DNA of 64,000 bases from Bacillota bacterium. GTDB taxonomy: Bacteria > Bacillota > Dethiobacteria > Dethiobacterales > Dethiobacteraceae. The stretch lies in the NCBI GenBank assembly GCA_012522335.1, contig JAAYKP010000043.1, forward strand, positions 1,151 to 65,150, read 5' to 3'. The translations under genes were made by a program, and so were the position numbers. This document shows, piece by piece, positions 63,967 to 64,000 of the stretch (position 1 is its first letter; each line of letters opens with the position of its first letter). The notes beneath the pieces are model-generated. The model saw nothing but the letters and a program-made list of their open reading frames with translations, made no database searches and was not told the origin of the DNA.

Positions 63967-64000
63967 TACTGCCGTTTTAAAAGCCTGCGTTTTACCGGGG

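Noticed and set aside
1-64000. CRISPR arrays, IS elements, toxin-antitoxin or other defence cassettes. The recurrent GCAGC/GCTGC-rich strings were also considered as dispersed repeats.
   Set aside because: No regularly spaced direct repeats, no transposase, integrase or Cas-like ORFs, and no terminal inverted repeats were seen. The recurring strings are explained by Ala/Gln/Leu codon usage in coding regions.

Overview
64-kb chromosomal segment from an anaerobic Bacillota (Firmicutes, Clostridia- or Negativicutes-like) genome. GC is mid-range by eye (roughly 50-55%), with one AT-rich islet at ~15.4-16.0 kb. Coding-strand bias is extreme: only five of the 68 called CDS are on the plus strand. 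The left part (1-25.8 kb) holds housekeeping and anaerobic metabolism genes: hpf, a csp, comFC, recD2, a DUF1659/DUF2922 pair, metK behind a SAM-I riboswitch, a beta-CASP RNase, sfsA, and a TRIC channel. It also holds a TrxR-like/MoxR/VWA/CooC module, an orphan URO-D-type methyltransferase, tRNA-Thr(CGU), and a second SAM-I riboswitch driving the COG1900/NIL-ferredoxin/COG2122 homocysteine genes. A T-box-controlled ARO8-type aminotransferase sits at the end of an ACT-PaaK-IorAB cluster. The right part (25.9-63.8 kb) is one flagellar/chemotaxis superlocus. It contains fliM-fliN-fliY, FapA (+) and a TPR gene, and two rod genes, then the core operon flgB...fliK-flgD-flgE-motAB-fliL-(FliN-like)-fliOPQR-flhBAFG-PilZ-sigD behind a c-di-GMP-I riboswitch. 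A diverging M14 peptidase and a cheY-cheA-cheW-mcp-cheR-cheB-cheD-mcp operon behind a near-consensus sigma-28 promoter complete it. I saw no transposase, integrase, CRISPR array or recognisable defence gene, so I cannot point to a clear-cut novel system. The best candidates for undescribed biology are: (i) the orphan flavoprotein/MoxR/VWA/CooC module; (ii) two junctions in the flagellar operon where homology or an open frame continues in the -1 frame (fliR/flhB, and the gene after sigD, which has an A6 run); and (iii) three SpoA-domain switch proteins with re-assorted CheY-P docking peptides. All calls come from reading the sequence and the ORF track by eye; no searches were run.
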